From Phormidium lacuna HE10JO (GTDB lineage: Bacteria > Cyanobacteriota > Cyanobacteriia > Cyanobacteriales > JAAUUE01), in assembly GCA_943370025.1 (NCBI GenBank), contig CALRPI020000022.1:226-64225 (forward strand): DNA of 64,000 nucleotides, in the 5' to 3' direction. A program made the position numbers and the translations under genes. This document shows positions 30,462 through 38,932 of the stretch, piece after piece. The notes under the pieces were generated by a model. It did no database searches. It was given only the letters and a program-made list of their open reading frames with translations, and had not been told where the DNA came from. Position 1 is the first letter of the stretch. The number at the start of each line of letters is the position of its first letter.

Positions 30462-31457
30462 TTAGGGATCATGTCTAATATGATTGAGGAAATAATGTAC
30501 TCTTTGTAAGCTAGGGAATCTATTTAATATTCTTTGGATTTTCTTGTTTGAGAGGAACATAACCATAAAAATTCTAATTAATATTTGCCAAGCAACAGAA
30601 TATCTTAAAATAGTAGGATAGTTAACTAATAACTTGAAAAATAATTCTAAGCCTTTGATTCCTTGTTGATAGCTAGGAAATCCCTCGGTGGATTTATAGG
30701 TTAAATAGATATAAGTATTCGACAAGCTAATTCTCTTTAGATATTGCAAATGGGGTGGAGCTTGTCTAAAGGCTTTGCGAATTACCTTAATGGTTTCTTG
30801 CTCTTGATATCTGAGTTTACTAGACATGGAATTAGGCGATTGTCGATACAATATCTGGGGTGCATCTATCCTGACAAATTGATATTTGGCGGCTAATCTA
30901 ATCAAAAAATCCCAATCTTCTGAGGCTTTTAACGATTCGTCAAAACCGCCAGTTATGGATAAAACGTCTCTCTTTATTAAGGCATTAGAGCCAGAACCGA
31001 CAATATTAGATAATAATAAAACACCATAAATATCACCACTAAGACTAGGAGGAGAAGAATGTTTTAGAAAGTTACCAGCTTCATCGATCCAGTCAGTGCC
31101 ACCATAGGCAACTGCTGCTTGGGGATAGGTTTGCAGAGCCTGATATTGACTAGCTAATTTATCCTTTGTCCAGAGATCGTCAGCATCAAGAAAAGAAATA
31201 TATTCTCCTTCAGCTTTGGTAATCCCGCGATTTCGGCTAGCTGCTAATCCCCCGTTGCTATAGGAGTATAATTTAATCCGGGGATCGGCAGTTTCCTTGA
31301 TGATTTTCTGGATGACTTCTACGGTGTTATCTTGAGAGCCATCGTTAATAATAATTAGTTCAAAATCTGTAAATGTTTGTGCCAACACTGAGGCGATCGT
31401 CTCTTCGATCGTTCTTTCGCCGTTATAGACTGGAATAACTACAGAAATTTGGGGCAT
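30462..31457 (-). CDS. Family 2 glycosyltransferase
   Basis: 331 aa. ISVVIPVYNGERTIEETIASVLAQTF, INDGSQD and FLDADD. Collinear with 29369-30379 along the full length. Confidence 0.85.
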   Translation of the reverse strand: MPQISVVIPVYNGERTIEETIASVLAQTFTDFELIIINDGSQDNTVEVIQKIIKETADPRIKLYSYSNGGLAASRNRGITKAEGEYISFLDADDLWTKDKLASQYQALQTYPQAAVAYGGTDWIDEAGNFLKHSSPPSLSGDIYGVLLLSNIVGSGSNALIKRDVLSITGGFDESLKASEDWDFLIRLAAKYQFVRIDAPQILYRQSPNSMSSKLRYQEQETIKVIRKAFRQAPPHLQYLKRISLSNTYIYLTYKSTEGFPSYQQGIKGLELFFKLLVNYPTILRYSVAWQILIRIFMVMFLSNKKIQRILNRFPSLQRVHYFLNHIRHDP

Positions 31458-32602
31458 AGTTGGTGAATTGCTTGAGTGATTGTGGCTGGACTAGAGGCAA
31501 AACGACAAAACTCCACATCCTTTGTCCAAGTTTCATACCATAGTTGATTTTTACCATAGGAATTAGGCAGAAAAACGTGGGGAATTTTTAATAGAGTACA
31601 CAAAATATGCCCGTGGAGACGATTAGTAATCACTAAAGAATAATGGTTGAGCTGATAAATTGATCGATGAAAGTAATCCCAAGAAGTTTCCACCATCTTG
31701 GCTTGATCTGGAGTCCCAAAGAAGTTTTCATAGGGATAACTTTTTTTCCAACTCTCTACAGCTTGCCGACTCAACGGATGGGATAATACCTCTTGCCATA
31801 ATTCTCGATAAATGCGCACGGCTCCCGGTAAACGCCAATACCAGAGAGATTCGGCGGTGATGTGCGATCGCAATAACTTTTCCTCTAGGGGCAACCAATC
31901 TTGCACTACTAACCTAGGCAACTCTAAAATAGTCGAGTTTAATTCAGCAACTATTTCTTGATCATCTCGACAGTGATAGAGAATCTTATTTTGCCGCCAA
32001 TTGAAACCTAAATATTGCATATAGGGTAAATCTGCCAGCATAAATGCCATATCTGGAGAAAGGAATACTCGACAATTATGGAAATTTTCCGTGGCTACAG
32101 CATAGCTGCGGGGGTCGCGGACAAAAATAGTTAAGTTCCTATGAGAGTTAAAAATCTTGGCTGCTCTTTGTAAATTATCATTTTCTTGAAAATAAATAGT
32201 TTGAGGTAGAATGATAATGTGATGATCGGGATATTTCTGAATAATTTCTTCACGAAATTGTTGATGGTCACACCAGATATCCCCAAGGTTACCGCCACCC
32301 TGCAATAGAATAGTTCCATTACCTATTTTTTGCTGCATTACCTCCTGAGAAAAGTTATAAATTCCTGATAGGTAATTAATTTTTAGATTGGATTGTTGAG
32401 CTAGATAAATAATTGTGCCTAAACCAATTAAATGATCACCAATATTGGGATAGTCTGGATAATTTAAGAACACACATTCTTGTATAGCTCCGATCTGAGC
32501 AAGAGCTTTGACCAATTCTTGCTTGAGAGCGATCGCATTAGATCGGGTTGATGAGTTTAAGTTCATGTACGGCACTTTTCCTTGAAATGGAATACATTGC
32601 AT
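31439..32602 (-). CDS. Polysaccharide pyruvyl transferase family protein
   Basis: 387 aa. NIGDHLIG, LLQGGGNLGD and ITNRLHGHI are motifs typical of CsaB/WcaK-type pyruvyl transferases. The start may be Met13. Confidence 0.7.
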   Translation of the reverse strand: MQCIPFQGKVPYMNLNSSTRSNAIALKQELVKALAQIGAIQECVFLNYPDYPNIGDHLIGLGTIIYLAQQSNLKINYLSGIYNFSQEVMQQKIGNGTILLQGGGNLGDIWCDHQQFREEIIQKYPDHHIIILPQTIYFQENDNLQRAAKIFNSHRNLTIFVRDPRSYAVATENFHNCRVFLSPDMAFMLADLPYMQYLGFNWRQNKILYHCRDDQEIVAELNSTILELPRLVVQDWLPLEEKLLRSHITAESLWYWRLPGAVRIYRELWQEVLSHPLSRQAVESWKKSYPYENFFGTPDQAKMVETSWDYFHRSIYQLNHYSLVITNRLHGHILCTLLKIPHVFLPNSYGKNQLWYETWTKDVEFCRFASSPATITQAIHQLCPKFL

Positions 32603-32652
32603 TCTCTAAAATTTAGATGCCTTGGGCTTCGACTTCGCTCAGCCCACGGCAT

Positions 32653-33588
32653 CTAAAACCGATAGAATGGACTAACTGTGCAGCCCCAAAGAAATATCAA
32701 TTCACAATCACTAACTAAATCTCGTTTTCCAGCTAAATTATAGCGGAGTAAATGTTTAATAACTCGCTTCAGATTGCCGTAGATAATTCTCAGGAAAATT
32801 ACTGGTCTTTGTCTAGCGGCAGGTGCATTAATAATCACCAAATTGTAGGTAGCTAAACCACAACTCTGGGATAAGTTCATCAGATATTTTCTTTCTAAGC
32901 GCCAAGGAGGAATTTCATGCTCTATTTCTAAGTCAGGAGTATACCAAATTCTCCAACCAGCTTTGTGCATATATAAAAGGGGTTCGTAGTCTTCCCCCCT
33001 AGCAATTTTTCCTGCCGTATTTCCTAAAACTTTCGGGTTGTGCGGCACGCTATCTAGCCATGCTTCTTTCCTCACAACCAATCCCGCTCCGGGAGGTAGA
33101 TGAATTCTTTCTGGAGCAAAAGCATGGGGTGTTTCTCCATGATCTCGAATTGCTAAGTAGGCGGCAATCCTTTCAAAATTTGGTGGCGGTGGTGTCGTGT
33201 ATTTACCGTAAATTTTGCCATTAAAAGCCCCTACTTCTGGATGCTCTAGACCAAATTCGTAGGCATTAATTACCCAATGCTCCCTAGGTAAATTGTCATC
33301 ATCAAGGAAGCCAATCAATTCACTAGTTGCAGCTTGAATTGCCCGATGTCTGGCAAAGGCTGCCCCTTGCTTTTCTTCGAGAATATAAACTAATCCGCAG
33401 GGCAAATCCCAGTTTTGTTGATAGCTTCTAATTACTTCAGCAGTATGATCTTTACTATTATTATCAACAACAATAATTTCCCAGTTCAGAGACTCTGTAC
33501 CTAGTTGCGATCGCAGCTTATCTAATAATTTTGGTAATCGCTCTGCCCCATTGTAGGTAGGAATGGCTACGGTAAAGTCTTTGGTCAT
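32653..33588 (-). CDS. Family 2 glycosyltransferase, HpsE/F/G-like (hormogonium polysaccharide type)
   Basis: 311 aa. FTVAIPTYNGAERLPKLLDKLRSQ, WEIIVVDNNSKD and FLDDDN. Paralogous to 33673-34620. Confidence 0.75.
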   Translation of the reverse strand: MTKDFTVAIPTYNGAERLPKLLDKLRSQLGTESLNWEIIVVDNNSKDHTAEVIRSYQQNWDLPCGLVYILEEKQGAAFARHRAIQAATSELIGFLDDDNLPREHWVINAYEFGLEHPEVGAFNGKIYGKYTTPPPPNFERIAAYLAIRDHGETPHAFAPERIHLPPGAGLVVRKEAWLDSVPHNPKVLGNTAGKIARGEDYEPLLYMHKAGWRIWYTPDLEIEHEIPPWRLERKYLMNLSQSCGLATYNLVIINAPAARQRPVIFLRIIYGNLKRVIKHLLRYNLAGKRDLVSDCELIFLWGCTVSPFYRF

Positions 33589-33626
33589 AGCTACTGAGAT
33601 TTTTGCTTAGGGTAATAATTTGGGTG

Positions 33627-33661
33627 TAATAACGTCCACCGCAGCGCGGTGGACGTTATTA
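33627..33661. other. Perfect 16-bp stem-loop between the two HpsE-like glycosyltransferase genes
   Basis: taataacgtccaccgc-agc-gcggtggacgttatta. No U-tract, so it is not a clear intrinsic terminator. Confidence 0.5.
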
Positions 33662-33672
33662 ATCGTTTAGCA

Positions 33673-34620
33673 CTACCTTTTTTTATGCCTTAAATATCCC
33701 TTGCGCCACAGGTAAAATGGACTGATCAAGCTGCTAGTCAGTAATTCTAGCTCACAGACGGCTACTAGGTCTGTTTTTACTTTAGTTCGATGTTTGAGGA
33801 GATGCAACAGGATTTTTCGCAGATCATTGCCAAAATAGGCGAGGGTGAGCAGGTATTTTTTGATGCCGTAGGTAGCGATCGTCCTTGTCACATAACGACT
33901 ATAGCCAATGCCTCGTAAAAAGGGGATCAAGTACTTTTTCTCTAGGCGGGCAGCGGGGATTTTATGGGTGATTTCCATGGCTGGGTTATACCAAATCTGC
34001 CACGGACTAGCTTGAATATAGCTCAACATTTCCAAGTCTTCACTAGTGAGCATATTACCCTCAACTCTGCCGTTCAGGGTCATTTCAGCGGGAACATACT
34101 GCTGCCAAACCGATTTCCTCACCACCAAGCCAGCAGAGGGGGGAAGCAGGCGATTATCTTTTCTGTATAACAAGGGAATATCTCCCCGCTCGGTGATAGC
34201 TAGAAATGGGGCAATCCGATCGAAATTTGGAGGCGGAGGAACGGCATAATCAGCATGAATTTGGCTGCCGTAAGCCCCAGCTTGGGGATGGGTTTGGGCA
34301 AAATCTGCCACGGCTCTCACCCAGCCCAGATCAGGAATCGTATCATCATCTAAAAATGCCACTAGTTCTCCCTGTGCTTCCTTAAAAGCCTGATGACGCG
34401 CAAATCCCGCCCCTTGTCTCAGTTCTTGGCAATAGCGTAGCCGGGGCAGGAGGATTTGATAATGATTAATTACTTCTCGAATATTGTCGCTACTGTTGTT
34501 ATCAACTACCAGAATTTCCCAAGTAATATTCTCAATATTTACCTGTCTTTGGAGTTGCTGCAAAACTTCGGGTAATCTAGCAGCTCCGTTGTAGGTGGGA
34601 ATAGCGATCGTGATATCCAT
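33673..34620 (-). CDS. Family 2 glycosyltransferase, HpsE/F/G-like
   Basis: 315 aa. ITIAIPTYNGAARLPEVLQQLQRQ, WEILVVDNNSSD and FLDDDT. Confidence 0.75.
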   Translation of the reverse strand: MDITIAIPTYNGAARLPEVLQQLQRQVNIENITWEILVVDNNSSDNIREVINHYQILLPRLRYCQELRQGAGFARHQAFKEAQGELVAFLDDDTIPDLGWVRAVADFAQTHPQAGAYGSQIHADYAVPPPPNFDRIAPFLAITERGDIPLLYRKDNRLLPPSAGLVVRKSVWQQYVPAEMTLNGRVEGNMLTSEDLEMLSYIQASPWQIWYNPAMEITHKIPAARLEKKYLIPFLRGIGYSRYVTRTIATYGIKKYLLTLAYFGNDLRKILLHLLKHRTKVKTDLVAVCELELLTSSLISPFYLWRKGYLRHKKR

Positions 34621-34686
34621 AAAATCTTGAGTTACTAGTTAAAATGTAATTTTTTTTTGGGTTAGGATGTTATGACGGTTCTAAAT

Positions 34687-34730
34687 GGGTTGAAAAGGTT
34701 GTAGCCTCCGGGTGCAACCTTTTCAACCCG
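34687..34730. repeat. REP/BIME-like hairpin
   Basis: gggttgaaaaggttgtagcctccgggtgcaaccttttcaaccc, preceded by ttctaaatg as in the 14.1-kb copies. Confidence 0.65.
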
Positions 34731-34778
34731 TCTAATTTTATCAACGATACTTAGTAGGATAATTATCCAATCAGAAAT

Positions 34779-35090
34779 ATGATTTTAACTAACTACAAAT
34801 ATATAGAGTTAAATAGCGATCATGTTCCCTATATTGCTGGAACAACTATGAAATTAGTGGAGTTGGTCTCTAGCCATATTACCTATGGATGGAGTCCTGA
34901 AGAAATTCATTTTCAGCATCCCTATTTAAGTATGAGCCAAATTCATTCGGCTTTAGCCTACTATTGGGATCACAAAACTACTTTAGATGCAGATATCCAA
35001 AAGCGATTTGAGCAGGTGGAGAAATTACGTCAAGAGGCTGGGGAGTCAGATTTAGTTAAGAAGCTTAGCACTCAGGGACTTCTTCCATGA
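34779..35090 (+). CDS. DUF433-family putative antitoxin
   Basis: 103 aa. Overlaps the next ORF by 4 nt (ATGA). The SPEEIHFQHPYLSMSQIHSALAYY region is DUF433-like. Confidence 0.7.
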   Translation: MILTNYKYIELNSDHVPYIAGTTMKLVELVSSHITYGWSPEEIHFQHPYLSMSQIHSALAYYWDHKTTLDADIQKRFEQVEKLRQEAGESDLVKKLSTQGLLP

Positions 35091-35433
35091 CGATCACCTT
35101 TTACATGGATGAGCATGTGCACCGAGCAATTATCAATGGGCTAAAGTTACGCAATGTTGATGTACTAACGGTGCAAGAGAACGATCGAATGGGGATCAGT
35201 GATGAGGTGGTTTTAGCTCGATCGATTGCCCTGAAAGGATTGTATTTACTCAAGATGATGATTTTCTGTTGATTGCTAATCGCCTCCAGCAACAGGGAGT
35301 ATATTTTACTGGTGTGATCTATGGCCATCAACAAAAAGTAACTATTAGGGACTGTGTAAGAGATTTAGAAATTATTGCCAAAGCTGCCGATCCAGAAGAC
35401 TTAGCAAGCTTAGTTCAGTATCTTCCTTTATGA
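35087..35433 (+). pseudogene. DUF5615 (PIN-like) putative toxin, frameshifted
   Basis: Frame 1 gives MTITFYMDEHVHRAIINGLKLRNVDVLTV...ALKG, then stops at 35272. Shifting one frame near 35237 continues IVFTQDDDFLLIANRLQQQGVYFTGVIYGHQQ...YLPL, ending at the stop at 35431-35433. Confidence 0.7.
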
Positions 35434-35632
35434 GTTTTAGCCCAGATAATTTTGGATTTAATGTTAACTATAGCTCCTAGAGATAACGTAGTAGATGGGA
35501 AGAATGTCTGATCGCCATTTTCAATGAACGCTGTAGACTTAAAAGTACCTTAACCCTTGTACACTAAGGACACTAAATACAGCGTCACGTTATTCAGTTC
35601 ATAAACTACCAATTTCAAGTTAGGGGAAATTC

Positions 35633-36556
35633 ATGAGTCAACATCGAGTAATGCTAGGGATTGTTGGAGACAGTGCCGCCGGAAAGACCACACTCACCAA
35701 AGGGATTGCCCAAGTACTAGGGGCAGAGAATGTTACGGTGATTTGTACCGATGATTATCATAAGTACGATCGCCAACAGCGCAAAGACCTAGGTATCTCG
35801 GCACTGCATCCAGATTGTAATCATCTAGATATTATTCAGCAACATTTATCTTTGTTGCGATCGGGACAGCCGATTCTGAAACCCATCTATAGCCACAGCC
35901 ACGGCACTTTTCAGGCTCCAGAATATATCAAACCTGCCCAGTTTGTGATTGTCGAAGGGTTATTAGGGTTTGCCACCCGTGGTTCGCGGGATTGCTTTGA
36001 TGTCAAAGTCTATCTAGCTCCCCCAGAGCAACTCCGCTATGACTGGAAAATCAAGCGAGACACCATGAAACGGGGCTACAGCGAGGCAGAGGTTTTAGAA
36101 CAACTGCGGCAGCGAGAGCCAGATTCCGAAGCTTATATTCGTCCCCAGAGAGCTTCCTCAGATATTGTGGTAAGTTTTTATCCTCCCGATGCTGCCACCG
36201 ATAGCTCCCATCTCAATGTCCGCCTAGTCTTGCGTCCCACCATTCCCCACCCAGAATTACCAGACCTATTATCTGCTGACCCCAACTCTGCTGTTCGCTT
36301 GGGGTTAGATCGAGATATGGGCAAGCCGGTGGATGTCTTAGAAATTGATGGCAATGCCACCCAAGAACAGGTGACAGCCCTAGAGCGGATACTGTGTCAG
36401 GAAGTCCCCAGCCTTGGTTCTTTTTGTAGCCTAGAAGGTAATACCCAAGTGGGGAAATTAGTTGGCACGACAGGGGAACTGCTCCAAAGTTATCCCCTCG
36501 CCCTAACGCAGCTATTGATTGCCTACCATGTCCTGAAAGCAGCAGGTGGTTACTAA
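35633..36556 (+). CDS. Phosphoribulokinase/uridine kinase family P-loop kinase (PRK-like paralogue)
   Basis: 307 aa. P-loop GDSAAGKTT, then TDDYHKYDR and VIVEGLL. Shorter and divergent compared with the canonical Calvin-cycle PRK as I remember it. Confidence 0.75.
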   Translation: MSQHRVMLGIVGDSAAGKTTLTKGIAQVLGAENVTVICTDDYHKYDRQQRKDLGISALHPDCNHLDIIQQHLSLLRSGQPILKPIYSHSHGTFQAPEYIKPAQFVIVEGLLGFATRGSRDCFDVKVYLAPPEQLRYDWKIKRDTMKRGYSEAEVLEQLRQREPDSEAYIRPQRASSDIVVSFYPPDAATDSSHLNVRLVLRPTIPHPELPDLLSADPNSAVRLGLDRDMGKPVDVLEIDGNATQEQVTALERILCQEVPSLGSFCSLEGNTQVGKLVGTTGELLQSYPLALTQLLIAYHVLKAAGGY

Positions 36557-36592
36557 ACCTGACCAGAAATATAATTTATCAGGAGGTTCTCA

Positions 36593-36796
36593 ATGGTTAA
36601 ACCCCGCTACGATGCTGACAAAAATGAATCAAGACATGGGGCAACCAGTCCTGATAAATGCCCGGAAATGGAAAACAAATATGGTTGGAAATTGAAACGG
36701 GTGGAAATCGTGGAGACCCCTGTACTTGAGGTTGATTGTGTATTCAATGGTAAGACTGAATTTCCTAAGCCCTACAATGAAACGGAGGAGGACTAA
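36593..36796 (+). CDS. Hypothetical 67-aa protein
   Basis: Preceded by AGGAGG 7 nt upstream. Lies 36 nt after the PRK-like stop. No family recognised. Confidence 0.45.
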   Translation: MVKPRYDADKNESRHGATSPDKCPEMENKYGWKLKRVEIVETPVLEVDCVFNGKTEFPKPYNETEED

Positions 36797-36801
36797 CTAC
36801 T

Positions 36802-37248
36802 ATGCATAAGTATATTATTTTCCAAGCTGAATCAGATGCAGGGCTACCCCACTGGAAAGAGCGAAAACTACACCATACTCAAGCACTAACTTGGATACTT
36901 GCAGAAAATTGGGATAGCTCAGGAAGCGCAAACCCAGAGCCGGGTTACAGACCCACTGAGTATGTTCGGGTAGATGCCCTCCACAATCCAGATCAGCATG
37001 GCTATAGCACTCATTATCGTGATGGAGATTGGGTGGTAGAAAGGGTGGAAGAATACACACCGGACTTACCAATGGGGACTAAGTTTGATGCGATCGTAAT
37101 TTGCTACTGCAAATATGATCCAATTAATGCACCGCTTCAGCCTATGCCCGATCGCACAATCTCCGCTGAGTCCTTTGGGGGAGATGAGGCAAAATATCAA
37201 GAATATCTAGATTCCCAAAAAGTAGGGGCATTACAGGGGCAATCTTAG
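36802..37248 (+). CDS. Hypothetical 148-aa protein
   Basis: Starts 5 nt after the previous stop, with GGAGGAGGA upstream. No family recognised. Confidence 0.5.
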   Translation: MHKYIIFQAESDAGLPHWKERKLHHTQALTWILAENWDSSGSANPEPGYRPTEYVRVDALHNPDQHGYSTHYRDGDWVVERVEEYTPDLPMGTKFDAIVICYCKYDPINAPLQPMPDRTISAESFGGDEAKYQEYLDSQKVGALQGQS

Positions 37249-37707
37249 CCAGCGACTGAGGAAGTTTTTCAGGCGATCGAGCCATGAGGGACGGGGTAAT
37301 TCCTGCCCTTTATTTTGATAATTCCCCAGAATTTGTCGCCCCAGCAAAGTCAGACGAAACCCATCAGTTATGCCCTGTCCATCTACTTCTCGCCGTACCA
37401 AGCCCACTTGAATCAGCCAGAGGACGGCCGCTTCTGCTGTCAATTCTCCTAGGGATTTTTTGGTATAACCCCGGTCTACTCCTGTGGCTCCGGTAATATC
37501 CTGTAGAGAAATACTACTGGTCTGCATCTGGCTGAGGAACAGCAACAAAAATGGAGAGCAGAGAAAAGCTCGATCGGCACGGGCTAGAGCTTGGGTTGTG
37601 TAGGTAGGAACTATTGGAGTTTTAGTTGCAGTCATAGCAATAGTTAAAAAAGATTTTTTTAGGGCTAATACTGAGGGAATGGATGTCTCTGGAATGAGTA
37701 AAATCAA
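37231..37707 (-). CDS. Conserved cyanobacterial hypothetical protein
   Basis: 158-aa ORF; the start may be Met25 (nt 37635). [31 protein letters not shown] looks like a conserved cyanobacteria-only family. The 3' end overlaps the convergent ORF by 18 nt. Confidence 0.5.
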   Translation of the reverse strand: MILLIPETSIPSVLALKKSFLTIAMTATKTPIVPTYTTQALARADRAFLCSPFLLLFLSQMQTSSISLQDITGATGVDRGYTKKSLGELTAEAAVLWLIQVGLVRREVDGQGITDGFRLTLLGRQILGNYQNKGQELPRPSWLDRLKNFLSRWLRLPL

Positions 37708-37788
37708 TCAGCTTCTTTCTATGTTAGATTGATAGAACGTCTTGAAGTTTTCAAGGCTATCCCTGCCCTTAATTCAACTATATATTTC

Positions 37789-38820
37789 ATGTTTGGTCTC
37801 ATTGGTCATCTTACCAGTTTAGAACACGCTCAAAAAGTAGCCAGAGACTTAGGCTATCCAGAATATGCAGACCAAGATTTAGACTTTTGGTGCTCTGCTC
37901 CCCCCCAGATAGTTGATACGATCAAAGTTACTAGCATTACTGGGCAACAGATTGAAGGCAAGTACATTGAATCTTGCTTCTTACCAGAAATGCTGGCGAA
38001 CCGCCGCATCAAGGCGGCTATCCGCAAAATTCTTAACTCCATGGCTCTAGCCCAAAAGCACGATATTCAGATCACCGCTTTGGGAGGTTTTTCTTCGATT
38101 ATTTTTGAAGAATTTAATCTCCATGAAAATAAACAAGTCCGCAATGTAGAGCTAGAGTTCGATCGCTTCACCACGGGCAACACTCATACTGCCTACATTA
38201 TCTGTCGTCAAGTAGAGCAGGTTTCTGCTCAGTTAGGCATTGATCTGGCTAAGGCTACGGTGGCGGTCTGTGGAGCTACGGGGGATATTGGCAGCGCGGT
38301 GTGTCGCTGGCTAAATGAAAAAACCGAAGTTCCTGAAATCCTTCTGATTGCCCGCAACCAAGAAAGATTACATAATCTCCAAGCCGAGCTAGGACGGGGC
38401 AAAATTATGGAGCTAACGGAAGCCCTGCCTCAAGCAGATATTATCGTTTGGGTGGCAAGTATGCCCAAGGGAGTGGAGATTCTCCCAGAACAGCTTAAAC
38501 AGCCTTGCCTACTGATTGATGGTGGATATCCCAAAAACCTAGGAACCAAACTCCAGTATCCGGGGGTGCATGTGGTCAATGGTGGCATTGTGGAACATTC
38601 CCTTGATATTGAATGGAAAATCATGGAAATAGTCAATATGGACGTGCCGGAGCGGCAACTATTTGCCTGTTTTGCGGAGGGAATGCTATTGGAATTTGAA
38701 AACCTCCACACCAATTTCTCTTGGGGCAGAAATCAAATCACCGTCCCCAAGATGGAACAAATCGGCGCAATTTCTATCAAGCATGGCTTTAGACCATTGT
38801 TAGCACCCCAGCAAACTTAG
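37789..38820 (+). CDS. aar: Long-chain acyl-[ACP] reductase (alkane pathway)
   Basis: [43 protein letters not shown] is the hallmark AAR N-terminus. NAD(P)-binding motif [12 protein letters not shown]. Confidence 0.9.
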   Translation: MFGLIGHLTSLEHAQKVARDLGYPEYADQDLDFWCSAPPQIVDTIKVTSITGQQIEGKYIESCFLPEMLANRRIKAAIRKILNSMALAQKHDIQITALGGFSSIIFEEFNLHENKQVRNVELEFDRFTTGNTHTAYIICRQVEQVSAQLGIDLAKATVAVCGATGDIGSAVCRWLNEKTEVPEILLIARNQERLHNLQAELGRGKIMELTEALPQADIIVWVASMPKGVEILPEQLKQPCLLIDGGYPKNLGTKLQYPGVHVVNGGIVEHSLDIEWKIMEIVNMDVPERQLFACFAEGMLLEFENLHTNFSWGRNQITVPKMEQIGAISIKHGFRPLLAPQQT

Positions 38821-38846
38821 AGAAAAGGCGATCGACCTAGGGCTGC

Positions 38847-38918
38847 AAAAGTCGGGAATCTAGCCCAAATCTCCTGCTCAATATCAAAATCTCAACAAGA
38901 TTCCCGACTTTTCCTCTT
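38847..38918 (+). repeat. 72-bp MITE-like element, copy 3
   Basis: aaaagtcgggaatctagcccaaatc...agattcccgacttttcctct. Lies between the convergent aar and ABC exporter genes. Confidence 0.8.
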
Positions 38919-38932
38919 TACCACTTCTCCTT

